Assembly: GCA_035527075.1 (NCBI GenBank) | Contig: DATLBE010000007.1 | Coordinates: 463-64,462 of the forward strand | DNA from: Nevskiaceae bacterium | Lineage (GTDB): Bacteria > Patescibacteriota > Microgenomatia > PFEM01 | Length of the DNA stretch: 64,000 nt | Direction: 5' to 3' | Shown: positions 45,026 through 55,666 of the stretch, piece after piece | How the letters are laid out: the number at the start of each line of letters is the position of its first letter | Numbering within the stretch: position 1 is the first letter of the stretch | The notes under the pieces: generated by a model | Told to the model about the DNA's origin: nothing | The model's database searches: none | Seen by the model: the letters and a program-made list of their open reading frames with translations, nothing else | Made by a program: the position numbers and the translations under genes

Positions 45026-45835
45026 TTATTCAGTAGGAGTTTTTGTGGTGGCTATTGCCATAAAAGCGGCTAATTGGCCGACTGAGGCGGAAAGAGTTTT
45101 GCCGTCAGTTTTAAAGTCTTCTTCTTCAACTTGCCACGCTCTCCCATCCCAAGAATAAAGGGCAACATCGGGATTTTCTTCGATTAGAGCCAAATTAACA
45201 ATTCCACTTTTAATCGTTTTGCTGCCCGCGGTGAAAACACCGTAAATCTCACTGACCGGTTGGCCCTCAATCTCTCTAGGCAAGCCAACAGTGGGCATCG
45301 TTAAATAAAAAGTGGTCGGAGAAATTGTGCCTTCAAGTTGAAAATTATTATCAATTGACGTTAAAATTTTATCTCCTTGCTGAAGATGAAAATCAGCAAT
45401 AAATTTTCTCACCCCATCTGAGCCGCGGAAACGCAAAGTTAAAGTACCTTCAGTGACATCCTCATCATATTTACAAACGTCGCGGGAGCAAGTGCCTAAA
45501 AGCAGTTTTCTTTCAACTGCCGCCTCACCATCAAGATCGATCGAGCCAATCACGCCTCGAGAAAGACCGGCAGAAAGATAAACTAATTCATACTCAATCG
45601 TTTGGGCATTTTTAACTCTTGAAATCTCTAAAGTTAATTCTCGGCCATCAGTTCTGGGAGTGAGAGTCACAAAAGGTCGTTCTTCTAAAGTTGTTTTAAT
45701 CAGAACTCCTTCTGATTCAGGCGTGACTGGTTCTTCTTCAGCTGGCTTTTTGCTTTTGAAAATAAAAAAACCACCAACACCTAAAATGGTTAAGACAACC
45801 AAAATAATCAAAAAAGTGGTTAAGTTTTTTTTCAT
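45026..45835 (-). CDS. Hypothetical membrane-anchored extracytoplasmic protein
   Basis: 269 aa with an N-terminal TM followed by a beta-rich domain. Confidence 0.45.
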   Translation of the reverse strand: MKKNLTTFLIILVVLTILGVGGFFIFKSKKPAEEEPVTPESEGVLIKTTLEERPFVTLTPRTDGRELTLEISRVKNAQTIEYELVYLSAGLSRGVIGSIDLDGEAAVERKLLLGTCSRDVCKYDEDVTEGTLTLRFRGSDGVRKFIADFHLQQGDKILTSIDNNFQLEGTISPTTFYLTMPTVGLPREIEGQPVSEIYGVFTAGSKTIKSGIVNLALIEENPDVALYSWDGRAWQVEEEDFKTDGKTLSASVGQLAAFMAIATTKTPTE

Positions 45836-47130
45836 TAATCTATCTTATCTTGAAAAAATTTAATTAATTTGTCAACCTTTACTCTTTCTTGTTTCATCGT
45901 ATCTCGGTCTCTGACCGTGACAGTATTGTCTTTTAGGGTTTGATGATCCGTGGTTACACACCAAAAAGTTCCTATCTCGTCTTGGCGACGGTAACGCTTG
46001 CCGATGTTGCCAATATCATCCCAAGCCACCATAAATTTGGACTTTAAATTTTCATAAATCTCTTTTGCTTTTTTCACCAAATCCGGTTTATTAGCTAAAA
46101 GTGGAAAAATAGCGACTTTATAAGGAGAAAGTCTGGGATCGAGTGATAAAAATACTCGAACACCTTTATTGTCCTTTTCTTCACGATAAGCCTCTAAAAG
46201 TAGAACTAAAGCTATCCGTTCAACTCCTAACGATGGTTCAATCACATAAGGATAGAATTTTTTACCTTTTTCATCCTGAAATCGAAGATCTTTGCCAGAA
46301 AATTTAGAATGATTTTTAAGGTCAAAATCAGTCCGGTTAGCAATGCCTTCAAGCTCAGCCCAACCAAAGGGAAATTTATATTCAATATCAACTGTTCTTT
46401 TAGAATAATGAGCTAAAGCACTTTTTGGATGCTCAAAGAAACGCAGCTTCCTTTTGTTTATCCCCAAATCGGTATACCATTTCAAACGCTCTTTCAACCA
46501 ATAGTCAAACCATTTTTCATCTTCACCAGGCTTGACAAAATATTCAAGCTCCATCATCTCAAATTCTCGGTCGCGAAAGATAAAATTACCCGTCGTCACC
46601 TCATTCCTAAATCCCTTGCCAATTTGGGCAATACCAAAAGGCACTTTTGGCTGAAGAGTATCAACGACATTGATAAAATTGGTAAAAATTCCCTGACAAG
46701 TCTCTGGTCGAAGATATGCCCTACTGGCTGTTTCTTTAGCCGGCCCCACATGGGTCTCAAACATGAGATTAAATTGCTTAACTTCAGCTAATTCACCACC
46801 ACACTCTGGACATTTATCACTTTTAATATGGCCGGCCCGAAACCGCTTGTGGCAAGACTTACATTCTCTTAAAGGATCAGTAAAAGAAAGAGTGTGGCCA
46901 GAAGCTTCCCAGACCCTAGGGTTATGAATAATCGTTGAATCCAAACCATAGACCTCATCACGACTATGAACTACTGTTTTCCACCACCAGGCTTTAATGT
47001 TATTTTTTAACTCGACTCCCAAAGGACCAAAATCCCAAAACCCACCAATTCCTCCATAAATTTCAGAGGAAGGAAAAACAAATCCCCTTCTTTTACAAAG
47101 GGATACAATCTTTTCCATTAAACCAGTCAT
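45835..47130 (-). CDS. glyQS: Glycyl-tRNA synthetase (alpha2 type)
   Basis: GFVFPSSEIYGG...WDFGPLGVELKNNIK matches class II GlyRS motif 1 and the archaeal/Gram-positive type architecture. Confidence 0.9.
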   Translation of the reverse strand: MTGLMEKIVSLCKRRGFVFPSSEIYGGIGGFWDFGPLGVELKNNIKAWWWKTVVHSRDEVYGLDSTIIHNPRVWEASGHTLSFTDPLRECKSCHKRFRAGHIKSDKCPECGGELAEVKQFNLMFETHVGPAKETASRAYLRPETCQGIFTNFINVVDTLQPKVPFGIAQIGKGFRNEVTTGNFIFRDREFEMMELEYFVKPGEDEKWFDYWLKERLKWYTDLGINKRKLRFFEHPKSALAHYSKRTVDIEYKFPFGWAELEGIANRTDFDLKNHSKFSGKDLRFQDEKGKKFYPYVIEPSLGVERIALVLLLEAYREEKDNKGVRVFLSLDPRLSPYKVAIFPLLANKPDLVKKAKEIYENLKSKFMVAWDDIGNIGKRYRRQDEIGTFWCVTTDHQTLKDNTVTVRDRDTMKQERVKVDKLIKFFQDKID

Positions 47131-47165
47131 TTGAAATCAATGATAGCTCATTTAAGAAAAGCAAG

Positions 47166-47714
47166 TCAAATTGAAAAACCTGATTTACTGTTGATTTTTC
47201 TCTCGGTAATTTCTTCGATATAAGCGTTGAGGTTACCTTTAGTCTGCCTGAGCCCAGGGGGAATACCAAAGCCTAATTCCTCCAAAAGCTTCTCTTCAAA
47301 AGCTCTGGTAAGACCTAAACGCTTCTCTTGACCTATTTTATTTAAAGAGTCTTTTAAAAGTCTGAAAACTGCTTGATTGGGCTGGCCTTCTGGGGTAAGC
47401 TTATCCACTAATTCACAAAAATAATAAGCGGTGCCCACCTTGCTTAAATTTTTCCGCCATTCCTTAAAGGAATTTAAAACTTGGACTTCGGTGAGGATAT
47501 CTAAATTTCTACCTCTTGCCAGAAAGATAATGACTTGATTAAAAAGCTCAACGTTGCCGCCTTTGCGGCTGGTGATTTTTCTGACGCCTTTGGCTAAGGC
47601 TTTAATTTTGCCGTAGTGTTTGGAGTAAATGGTTAAAATTTTATCAGCTTCGCCAAAATTGATTCTTTTTAAAATGACACCTTCAGTCTTGTAACTACGG
47701 CTCGTTCGGGTCAA
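47166..47714 (-). CDS. recO: DNA repair protein RecO (short form)
   Basis: N-terminal OB fold (TEGVILKRINFGEADKILTIYSKHYGKIKALAKGVRK) closely matches RecO. Confidence 0.75.
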   Translation of the reverse strand: MTRTSRSYKTEGVILKRINFGEADKILTIYSKHYGKIKALAKGVRKITSRKGGNVELFNQVIIFLARGRNLDILTEVQVLNSFKEWRKNLSKVGTAYYFCELVDKLTPEGQPNQAVFRLLKDSLNKIGQEKRLGLTRAFEEKLLEELGFGIPPGLRQTKGNLNAYIEEITERKINSKSGFSI

Positions 47715-49633
47715 AATTTTACTTCCTTATCAGCTCGCAATTCAAAATTTTGAAGTTGCCCGTCAAGTTTAATGATATATTCGTGAGTTTTGGTGCCAGG
47801 TTGTTTTTGGATTAATAATTTATATTCTTGGTCTTTTCCTACTTTAAAAGGCAACTCGTATTTGAAAGTTAACTGAGCTTTCCCTTGTGGCCGTAAGGGA
47901 GCTTTATCACCGTAAAAAGCCTCAAAAACGGTTTTACCAAGGTCTTCGTAGGTTCTCACTTCAATTTCAGAACCCGTGGCTTCAATCAGTTGGCTGCCTT
48001 GAGGTACAAAAAGTCGAATCCAATCGCGGTATGGCGCATTCAAGCAAAGCTCGCCAGCTTCCAAGTTACAATTAGACGGTGGCGCAGGATTTCTGTAGTC
48101 AATGGTCACTGTTTTGGTGACGGCACCGTCGGAACCGATTTCAATCTCCTGAGTGACATTCTGCTCAATAAACATGTTTGATTTGGCACCGGCAAAATTG
48201 CAATCATTAAGATGAAAATAATCGCCATCATATTCTTTAATTCTACCTGCAGCATTTAAGGCTTCAATTGCCCCTTGAATTTCTTCATCAAAAAAGTAAA
48301 AAAGTAAGTGTTTTTCTTGAATATTGGCGAAAACAACATTAAAAAATTCCGGCCAGTTTTTCCGGGGAGACTGCATGACGTTGAGAAGAATGGAATGCAT
48401 CAAGGGTCCCAAAACCGCTTTTCTTTCGGTTCGCAGGGTGCCAGTTGGTTTGGTAATCTGGCGCTCAAGTTCATAAAAAACTTGAGGGCAGTCACAGCGA
48501 GGATCATTCTCGGCAGAAAAATTACCCCAATCGGCCACCCCAATTGGACCTAAAACTTTCAAAATATTAACAAGGACTTGAGTGTCAACAGCAATAATGC
48601 CATCAATATCGGTTCTGCCAACTTTGGTGTAATTTTCCCAAAAAGTTTCCATTGATTTTTTAAAATCAGGTGAAAGGTTCATGTCTCGAAGATGCCAATA
48701 AGAAACGTTTTTGTGATAATCAAGAATTGGTTGAGGTGCCTTTAACCGATTGCCAAAACGAGCATCCAAACCGTAAATATCATAAGAGCCCAACGGTTTA
48801 AAATTACCATTATGAACCGACAAAATCGCGTAGGCCGTCAAAAAACCGCCGGTGGGTCTTAACTCTGCGTCATTTTGAAAAAGTAAAAGGTATTTTTTCT
48901 CCTCCGGAATACCCAGAAGCGGCTTGAGGAAGCCTATAATGGGCTTGGCTTCAATCGCCGCTTTGGCGGCGCCATCAACAGTGTTTTTAAGCAGAACTAC
49001 ATTCTGCCTGACTTTTTTACCAAAAATCGCCTCCGGATAACGCTGGGGATCGATTTGGTCTACCTCTTTTTGGGCAAGCTCAAGTTTTTGGCCAATCTCA
49101 TCCAAACTGGGCTGAAGTTTATCGAGTGTGTCTAAAACCAACATTAAACGGTCTTCCATCGTCATTTCACCCGGCTCCTTTTCTTCCTCTTTCTTCTCAA
49201 AGCCAAGCAAATCAGCGTAAGGCTGGAGTGATTCAACGGCGATGTTAACAGACTCAAGTAGGTACTGACCACCAGCAAAAAGACGTTCCCCGTCCCAATA
49301 AAAACCACCCACGAAAGGTATAAATTTCAACCAAATCATTTTTCGATATTCTGAATTTAGCCGGTCAAGGCTCTCACCAGTAGATTCAAGCTTAACAAAG
49401 GCCGTATCAAGATCCTGAACCTGAATCGCTTCACCCGCACCTTTGACTTCAACCATTAAATTAGAAGCTTCTTTATTAAGGCTTAAAACAGGTAAAATAA
49501 GAAAGAATGTCAATAAAATTAAAGCAATTGCCAAAATACCCAGAAAGATAAACAATTTCTTTTTTTTTCTTCGCTTTTTTGGTTCTTTAGGAACTTCTTC
49601 CTGTTCAGTTGTCTCAAGTTTGATTTTGTCCAT
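47711..49633 (-). CDS. Large membrane-anchored hypothetical protein heading the glycan locus
   Basis: 640 aa, Lys-rich N-terminus, one TM, and a large extracytoplasmic domain. The architecture recalls DUF4012-type proteins found beside polysaccharide loci, but the family is unverified. Confidence 0.5.
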   Translation of the reverse strand: MDKIKLETTEQEEVPKEPKKRRKKKKLFIFLGILAIALILLTFFLILPVLSLNKEASNLMVEVKGAGEAIQVQDLDTAFVKLESTGESLDRLNSEYRKMIWLKFIPFVGGFYWDGERLFAGGQYLLESVNIAVESLQPYADLLGFEKKEEEKEPGEMTMEDRLMLVLDTLDKLQPSLDEIGQKLELAQKEVDQIDPQRYPEAIFGKKVRQNVVLLKNTVDGAAKAAIEAKPIIGFLKPLLGIPEEKKYLLLFQNDAELRPTGGFLTAYAILSVHNGNFKPLGSYDIYGLDARFGNRLKAPQPILDYHKNVSYWHLRDMNLSPDFKKSMETFWENYTKVGRTDIDGIIAVDTQVLVNILKVLGPIGVADWGNFSAENDPRCDCPQVFYELERQITKPTGTLRTERKAVLGPLMHSILLNVMQSPRKNWPEFFNVVFANIQEKHLLFYFFDEEIQGAIEALNAAGRIKEYDGDYFHLNDCNFAGAKSNMFIEQNVTQEIEIGSDGAVTKTVTIDYRNPAPPSNCNLEAGELCLNAPYRDWIRLFVPQGSQLIEATGSEIEVRTYEDLGKTVFEAFYGDKAPLRPQGKAQLTFKYELPFKVGKDQEYKLLIQKQPGTKTHEYIIKLDGQLQNFELRADKEVKF

Positions 49634-50272
49634 TTAAAGCGCTCCTTTGCCAGAAATCATTACCCAAGGGGTTTTTAAAATAATGATGACGTCTTGAAAA
49701 ATTGATTTTTGTCTGGCATATTGGGCATCCATTTTTACTCTTTTGTCAAAATTAATCTCACTCCGACCGGTCACCTGCCAATAACCGGTAATGCCTGGTT
49801 TAACTTTCAAAAGTTGTTCAACATACTTTTTTGTCTGAGGATAAACTTTTTGTTGTTCCTTCAACTCATCTGGATAATAAGCTCGCGGGCCAACAATGTT
49901 CATTTCTCCTTTTAGGATGTTAAATATCTGGGGTAATTCATCTAAAGAAAAACGCCTCAATAGGCGCCCAACTTGGGTAATTCGGGGGTCGTCTTTCAAT
50001 TTATAACTGCCCTTTTTGTATTGTTTGTAAATTCGACGAAATTTGGGGTCGGTTCTAAGTAATTGGTGAGCATTGGCAATCATCGAACGAAATTTAAACA
50101 TCCGGAACATTTTTTTATTCTTTCCCACTCTTTTGGGCGTAACAGCAAAAATTGGCCCAGCTGAATCAATTTTAATCAGAACCGGCACAATCATAAAAAC
50201 CGGGGCAAAAACAATTAATAAAATAATTGCCATCAAGATATCAAGGATTCGTTTGACAGTATCGTAAGGCAT
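49634..50272 (-). CDS. Undecaprenyl-phosphate sugar phosphotransferase (bacterial sugar transferase, PglC/WbaP C-terminal-domain type)
   Basis: The KFRSM...DELPQ...NILKGEMNIVGPRA motifs are characteristic of the small monotopic phosphoglycosyl transferases. Confidence 0.88.
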   Translation of the reverse strand: MPYDTVKRILDILMAIILLIVFAPVFMIVPVLIKIDSAGPIFAVTPKRVGKNKKMFRMFKFRSMIANAHQLLRTDPKFRRIYKQYKKGSYKLKDDPRITQVGRLLRRFSLDELPQIFNILKGEMNIVGPRAYYPDELKEQQKVYPQTKKYVEQLLKVKPGITGYWQVTGRSEINFDKRVKMDAQYARQKSIFQDVIIILKTPWVMISGKGAL

Positions 50273-50275
50273 AAT

Positions 50276-51391
50276 TTAAAGATACTCAGTTTTTCTTTTA
50301 TCTTTCAAGAGTTCAACTAATTTCTTGACATTTTGGGCTTTGTCTCTTCTACAAATCAAAACTGCATCGGTGGTATCAACAACAATTAAGTCCTCAACAT
50401 CAATCACCGCGATTAGTTGATCGTCAAATTGAATCAAATTATTTTTGGCATTTAAACCAATAAACTCGCCCTTCTTACCATATTTAATCACCACATTGCC
50501 ATCTTTGTCTTTTTTAGAAATGTCATAAATAACACTCCAATCACCGATATCATTCCAACCCATTTGGGCAGGAATCATCAATGCCTTTTTCACTTTTTCC
50601 GAAACCGCCACATCAACAGAAACATTTGGAGCTTGCAAGTAAGCAGCTTTCATCACCGATTGAAACTGGCTGGTTCCTAAAACTTTCTCAACTTTGTTTA
50701 AGGCCTTAAAAGTGGTTGGTGAATGTTTCTTTAAAGCCGCCAAGAAAAAGCTGGCTGACCAAACATACATCCCTGAATTCCAATAATAGTCTCCCGTGGC
50801 CATAAATTTTTTAGCCGTCTTGTAATCTGGCTTTTCGACAAATTTCTCTAGCTTAAAGACGGGCACACCATTAATTTTCCTGATAATTTTTTTAGCGTGA
50901 ATATAACCAAGACCGGTGTGGATTCGGGTTGGTTTAATACCGACCGCCACCAAGGTTTGATAGTCAAATGCGGCTTGAGCCGCAGCCAACTCTACTTTTT
51001 TAAAAATTGCTTCCTTCCTCACTAAATTGTCAGCCCAAAAATTCATGACCACTGCTTGAGGGTCTTGTTTTTTGGCCATTAAAGTGCCTAAACCACAGGC
51101 AATGGCTGTATTACGACGCATTGGTTCCCAAACAATGTTTTTTTCTGGGATAGCGGGTGCTTCTTTTTTTATTTCCTGAGCATAATCACGGCTGACAGTC
51201 ACAACAATCATTCTTTCAGGGATGACTAATCCTTTCAACCGTTTGACTGTTTTTTGAAAAAGCGTATCTTTACCCAAAAGGCGAGAAAATTGTTTGGGTG
51301 TTTTATTGCGTGAGCGGGGCCAAAGTCTTGTCCCGCCACCACCACAAATAATCAAGGCATACAAGTGTTTTTTTAACTCATTTTCTGCCAT
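50276..51391 (-). CDS. Mannose-1-phosphate guanylyltransferase-like nucleotidyltransferase
   Basis: N-terminal LIICGGGGTRLWPRS (G-x-G-T-R nucleotidyltransferase motif) and a C-terminal left-handed-helix-less MPG-like domain. Confidence 0.75.
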   Translation of the reverse strand: MAENELKKHLYALIICGGGGTRLWPRSRNKTPKQFSRLLGKDTLFQKTVKRLKGLVIPERMIVVTVSRDYAQEIKKEAPAIPEKNIVWEPMRRNTAIACGLGTLMAKKQDPQAVVMNFWADNLVRKEAIFKKVELAAAQAAFDYQTLVAVGIKPTRIHTGLGYIHAKKIIRKINGVPVFKLEKFVEKPDYKTAKKFMATGDYYWNSGMYVWSASFFLAALKKHSPTTFKALNKVEKVLGTSQFQSVMKAAYLQAPNVSVDVAVSEKVKKALMIPAQMGWNDIGDWSVIYDISKKDKDGNVVIKYGKKGEFIGLNAKNNLIQFDDQLIAVIDVEDLIVVDTTDAVLICRRDKAQNVKKLVELLKDKRKTEYL

Positions 51392-52470
51392 TTTTCCTCC
51401 ACCAATCTTTTCATCCTTTTGACAAATTCTTCTTGGCTAAACCGCAGCGCATTGGTGCGACACTCCTTTGGATCAAACTTTAAATTTTTAAATTTCTTTA
51501 TCGCACCTATTAATTCTTTCTCACTTTGTTTTTCAAAAAATAAACCGGTTTTACCTTCAATAACGGTTTCTAAAACGCCACCGTTTCGATAAGCAATCAC
51601 CGGCCTGCCACAGCTTTGTGCCTCTAACGGTACTAAGCCAAAATCTTCAACCTGCGGAAAGATAACCGCACGACATTTTTGATAGTAGCCTAAAAGTTGG
51701 GCATCTGTCAACTGGCCAAGAAATTGAACGTTTTTTTTGGCCATTTTTTTTAATTTTTTCGCTTGTTGGCCAACGCCGACAATTTTTAAAGGTAACCCCA
51801 ACTGGTTAAAAACCCTAACCACCAAGTCAACTTTTTTGTAAGCTACCAAGCGAGAAACAACCAAAAAAAAATCAGCTGGTTTACCATCAATACCCGGCCG
51901 CCACTTTTCAGTCTCCACTGGCGGGTAAATCACCTTTGAATCTCGGCGATAATATTTTTTAATTCTTTTTTGAACATTTTTGGAAATCGCCAAATAAACA
52001 TCAGGCCGTTGACTGGCAATCTTATCCCATCTACGCAGATAAGCAACAATTGGTTTAGTTAAAAACCTCAGGGTTTTATTCTGAAAATAATCCTCATAAT
52101 CACTCCATAAATAGCGTGTAGGTGTCAAGCAATAACAAAAATGAAGGGTTTGGGGTTTGGTGACAATTCCTTTTGCCTCAGCGCTGGTGACTGAAATGAC
52201 AACATCATATCCGCCAGCTGGCGGATCGAAGTTAAAACTTTCAAAAGCCAAAGGCGTCAGCCAGGGATAAATTTCATGGTGCTTTTTGGCCAAAGGAAGT
52301 TTATTTAAAAAAGAGGGAATGACCCTAAATTTTTTTGCCCAAAGAGCAGTTTTTGGATTATAAACAGCTGTAAAAAGGGGCGCTTCCGGCCAAATTTGAT
52401 GTAAAGCCAAAAGGACTCTTTCTGCCCCACCCCATTTATTGACCCGGTCATAAACTAAAGCAACTTTCAT
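51373..52470 (-). CDS. Glycosyltransferase family 4 (GT-B)
   Basis: The C-terminal E-x7-E region (GLVPLEAQSCGRPVIA) is typical of GT4. Confidence 0.8.
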   Translation of the reverse strand: MKVALVYDRVNKWGGAERVLLALHQIWPEAPLFTAVYNPKTALWAKKFRVIPSFLNKLPLAKKHHEIYPWLTPLAFESFNFDPPAGGYDVVISVTSAEAKGIVTKPQTLHFCYCLTPTRYLWSDYEDYFQNKTLRFLTKPIVAYLRRWDKIASQRPDVYLAISKNVQKRIKKYYRRDSKVIYPPVETEKWRPGIDGKPADFFLVVSRLVAYKKVDLVVRVFNQLGLPLKIVGVGQQAKKLKKMAKKNVQFLGQLTDAQLLGYYQKCRAVIFPQVEDFGLVPLEAQSCGRPVIAYRNGGVLETVIEGKTGLFFEKQSEKELIGAIKKFKNLKFDPKECRTNALRFSQEEFVKRMKRLVEEKWQKMS

Positions 52471-53564
52471 TTCGATCCGTTCTTATAAACTTCAATAGTT
52501 TCCCTTGCCATTTTTTGCCAACTGTATTTTTCAACTTGTTGATAACCCAGTTTAACCATTTTACTTTTAAGTTCTTTGTTGCCAACAACTTTTTTTATTT
52601 TCTTTGCCATTTCGCCAACATCCAAGGGATTAAAATAAACAGCCGCCTGACCGTAGACTTCTGGCAAACAGGAAGAGCTTGAGGCAATCACTGGCAAACC
52701 AACAGCCATTGCCTCAAGGCCTGGTAAACCAAAACCCTCAAGCAATGAAGGAAAAACAAACGCTTCAGCTTGTTGATAAAGAGCGACTAAATCTTTATCC
52801 GGAACAAAACCAGCCAAAGTCACTAATTTTTCTGCTTTAAGCATCTTAATTTTCTTTTTAAATCTTTGCCAAAAAACATTCCTGGCACAAACAACTACCA
52901 ACCGAAGATTGATTTTTTGGACTGCCCTGACTAGGCTGACAACATTTTTATGAGGATAAAGACTGCCGGTGTAAATGACAAAAGGTTTTTTAATTTTGTA
53001 TTTTGTCAACAAATTTCCAATCTTAAATTTGTCATCTACGCCTTCATAAGTAACCACAATTTTTTCTGGTGGTAAATGATATCGCCTTGTCAGCTCTGTT
53101 TTTGTCCATTGGCTGGGAACAATAATTCTTGCCGCTCGATTAACGACTAACCAAACTAAAAAGCGATAGTTTAAAAATTTAAACCAATAAAACAGCGGCC
53201 ATTTTGTCGTTGTTCTTACTCCTCGTGATTGATGTTTAATCAAATCATGGATAGTCACAATTTGTCGACCCCACCAAAAAAAAGGCACATTAAAATGAGG
53301 AAAATGGACCAAATCCGGCTTTAGTTTGATCAGTTGAAGCGGTAAAAAAAACTGCTCTTTTAAAGAATAGTGTCCGTAATCAGCCAAAACTTTTTTAAAT
53401 CTTGGATTGGCAAAATGAACCTTTTGATAATATTTTTTTCTTAACAAAACCCAATAATTATTCTTTTTGTCTTGCTTTTCAATTTCCTTAACTAAATTTA
53501 AAACATACCGGCCAATGCCGGCATGTTTTAAACCATACATCCTACCATCAATAACAATTTTCAT
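52467..53564 (-). CDS. Glycosyltransferase family 4 (GT-B)
   Basis: GFGLPGLEAMAVGLPVIAS motif. Confidence 0.75.
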   Translation of the reverse strand: MKIVIDGRMYGLKHAGIGRYVLNLVKEIEKQDKKNNYWVLLRKKYYQKVHFANPRFKKVLADYGHYSLKEQFFLPLQLIKLKPDLVHFPHFNVPFFWWGRQIVTIHDLIKHQSRGVRTTTKWPLFYWFKFLNYRFLVWLVVNRAARIIVPSQWTKTELTRRYHLPPEKIVVTYEGVDDKFKIGNLLTKYKIKKPFVIYTGSLYPHKNVVSLVRAVQKINLRLVVVCARNVFWQRFKKKIKMLKAEKLVTLAGFVPDKDLVALYQQAEAFVFPSLLEGFGLPGLEAMAVGLPVIASSSSCLPEVYGQAAVYFNPLDVGEMAKKIKKVVGNKELKSKMVKLGYQQVEKYSWQKMARETIEVYKNGSK

Positions 53565-53568
53565 TTTT

Positions 53569-54486
53569 CTACTTAAGATAATGGTGTAAAATTCTAAAAA
53601 AGCCTTTCAATTTGATTCCGAAAATCACCAACCAAGTAAGCCAGTGAGGATATTTATCGCGGTAAAATTTTTGGTAAAAAATTTCCATGGCTTTAATTGA
53701 AGCTTTGGCTGTTTTAATTCGGGTCTGACGACTCGCCGGTGAGATTTTCTCTGATTCTTTTCTTAATCCGGAGCTGGCACCTTTATAATGCACCAAAAAC
53801 GGTTCAGGATAAAACATCACCTGCCAACCCGCTTGTTTAATCCGATAAAAATAGTCTAAATCTTCGCCATAAAAAAAATATTGATCATCCCAAGGGCCGA
53901 CTTGATTAATAACTTCGCGGCGAACAAACATAAAAGTGCCAAAACCAGCGTCAATTTCATGAACCTTGTTAAGATCAAGGTAAAACTTGTGATATTGACC
54001 AAACGTTTTACTTTTAGGAAAAAGTTTCTCCAGACCAAGAAAATAGGAAATTGAGGGCCAAGGAGTTGGAAAACTCCGATGACAATCAGGGTCCATCCCA
54101 CCAGAAACCAGCATAGTTTTAGCTGTGGCGGCGCCCACTTTAGGATTTTTATCCATAAAAGTTATCATTTTTTTAAAAGCATCTGGTTTCACTTTTGTAT
54201 CAGAATTTAGAAACAAAATATACCTGCCTCTGGCAATTTTCAGGCCGAGATTATTACCGCCGGAAAAACCAAGATTAACCTTACTTTCGATTAATTTTAC
54301 CCACGAAAATGCTTTTTTAATCATGGCGACCGAGCCGTCAGTTGAAGCGTTATCGACCACAATGGTTTCATACTGAAAACTATTTTTTTCCGATTTTAAA
54401 ACTGATTGCAAACAATCCCGGAGTAAATCCTTGGTATTAAAATTTAAAATAATGATTGATAAATCAACTTTTTTGGCCACCAACAA
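53569..54486 (-). CDS. Glycosyltransferase family 2 (GT-A)
   Basis: IIILNFNTKD...VVDNASTDGS and DxD-like motifs. Confidence 0.85.
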   Translation of the reverse strand: MLVAKKVDLSIIILNFNTKDLLRDCLQSVLKSEKNSFQYETIVVDNASTDGSVAMIKKAFSWVKLIESKVNLGFSGGNNLGLKIARGRYILFLNSDTKVKPDAFKKMITFMDKNPKVGAATAKTMLVSGGMDPDCHRSFPTPWPSISYFLGLEKLFPKSKTFGQYHKFYLDLNKVHEIDAGFGTFMFVRREVINQVGPWDDQYFFYGEDLDYFYRIKQAGWQVMFYPEPFLVHYKGASSGLRKESEKISPASRQTRIKTAKASIKAMEIFYQKFYRDKYPHWLTWLVIFGIKLKGFFRILHHYLK

Positions 54487-55666
54487 CCTCCTGATAAACT
54501 TTGTCTAATTTTTGGGCACTTTTTCGCCAACTATACTTCTTTTTAACTAAATCTTTAGACTTTCTACCAATCTTTTCAATTAAAGTTTTATCCTGTAAAA
54601 TCTTGACTGTTTTCTCTGCGAGCTTGGCAAAATCATCAGCAATAAAAATCTCCTCACCATCTTTAGCTTCTATCCCCTCTTTTCCTTGCCGGGTGGTCAC
54701 AATCGGTAAGCCCGAAGCCATGGCTTCAAAAAACTTAGTTCGACTTCCTCCTCCACTTCTCATTGGCGCTACCGACACCCAGGCTTGTTGATAGGCTTTC
54801 CTAGACTCTTTAATCTCCTGAACCAAGACATCATCTGATTTTAAACCAGACAGAAATTCGGGTGCATGCCGACCAACAATCCAGAGTTTTGCTTTTGGAA
54901 CTTCCTGCTTAATTAAAGGCCAAACTTTATCAATCAAAAGCCTTGCCCCCTCTCTGTTTTCCATCCATTTAAAATTGCCAACTCCGAAAAGAACAACTGA
55001 CTCTTTTGCCCGAGAGAAAATTTTTTTACTAAAATAAACTTCATCAACACCGTTAGGAACAATCTCTACCTTTAATTTTTTAACAAGACTTTCCATCAAC
55101 TTCTTATCCTCCTGAGACACAGCCACCGTCATATCCGCTTTCTTCCAATAAAGTTTCTCCCAAAATTTTAATTTAACTACATCAATCCACAAAAAAGGCT
55201 TAATGAAAAACCAAAACCAGGGTAGAGCCTTTACAAAATGTTGATAAACTCGATATTCTATTGTCTGATCAACTAGAAGAATGGGAACATCTGTTTTGGG
55301 TACCTCAGGCATCAAATAAAAAGTCTCCACATGAATTAAGTCGTAGTCATTCCTCTCTAGTTCTTGCCTAATTATTTCTTTGACTTCTCTGGAAAAATAA
55401 ATCGAAGCTAAGAATGGATAAAGACTAAAACCAGTAAAAAAAATGTTTATTGGCGCCCAAGCTTTTCGTCTTTTGAATAACTTTATTTGCTTACAGTAGG
55501 GTGAGAGTTTTTTTAAAAATCGCTTCTCTTTATCGTCTCTAATAAAACTAAACAAAGTAATCTGATGTTTCTTACCTAAATTTTTGATTAAATTAAATGA
55601 CCGCGTCTGGCCTCCCGAATAGGGCGGATAAGGGAAATATGGGGTAAGCATTAAAACTTTCATCAA
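54464..55666 (-). CDS. Glycosyltransferase family 4 (GT-B)
   Basis: FEAMASGLPIVTT C-terminal GT4 motif. Confidence 0.8.
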   Translation of the reverse strand: MMKVLMLTPYFPYPPYSGGQTRSFNLIKNLGKKHQITLFSFIRDDKEKRFLKKLSPYCKQIKLFKRRKAWAPINIFFTGFSLYPFLASIYFSREVKEIIRQELERNDYDLIHVETFYLMPEVPKTDVPILLVDQTIEYRVYQHFVKALPWFWFFIKPFLWIDVVKLKFWEKLYWKKADMTVAVSQEDKKLMESLVKKLKVEIVPNGVDEVYFSKKIFSRAKESVVLFGVGNFKWMENREGARLLIDKVWPLIKQEVPKAKLWIVGRHAPEFLSGLKSDDVLVQEIKESRKAYQQAWVSVAPMRSGGGSRTKFFEAMASGLPIVTTRQGKEGIEAKDGEEIFIADDFAKLAEKTVKILQDKTLIEKIGRKSKDLVKKKYSWRKSAQKLDKVYQEVVGGQKS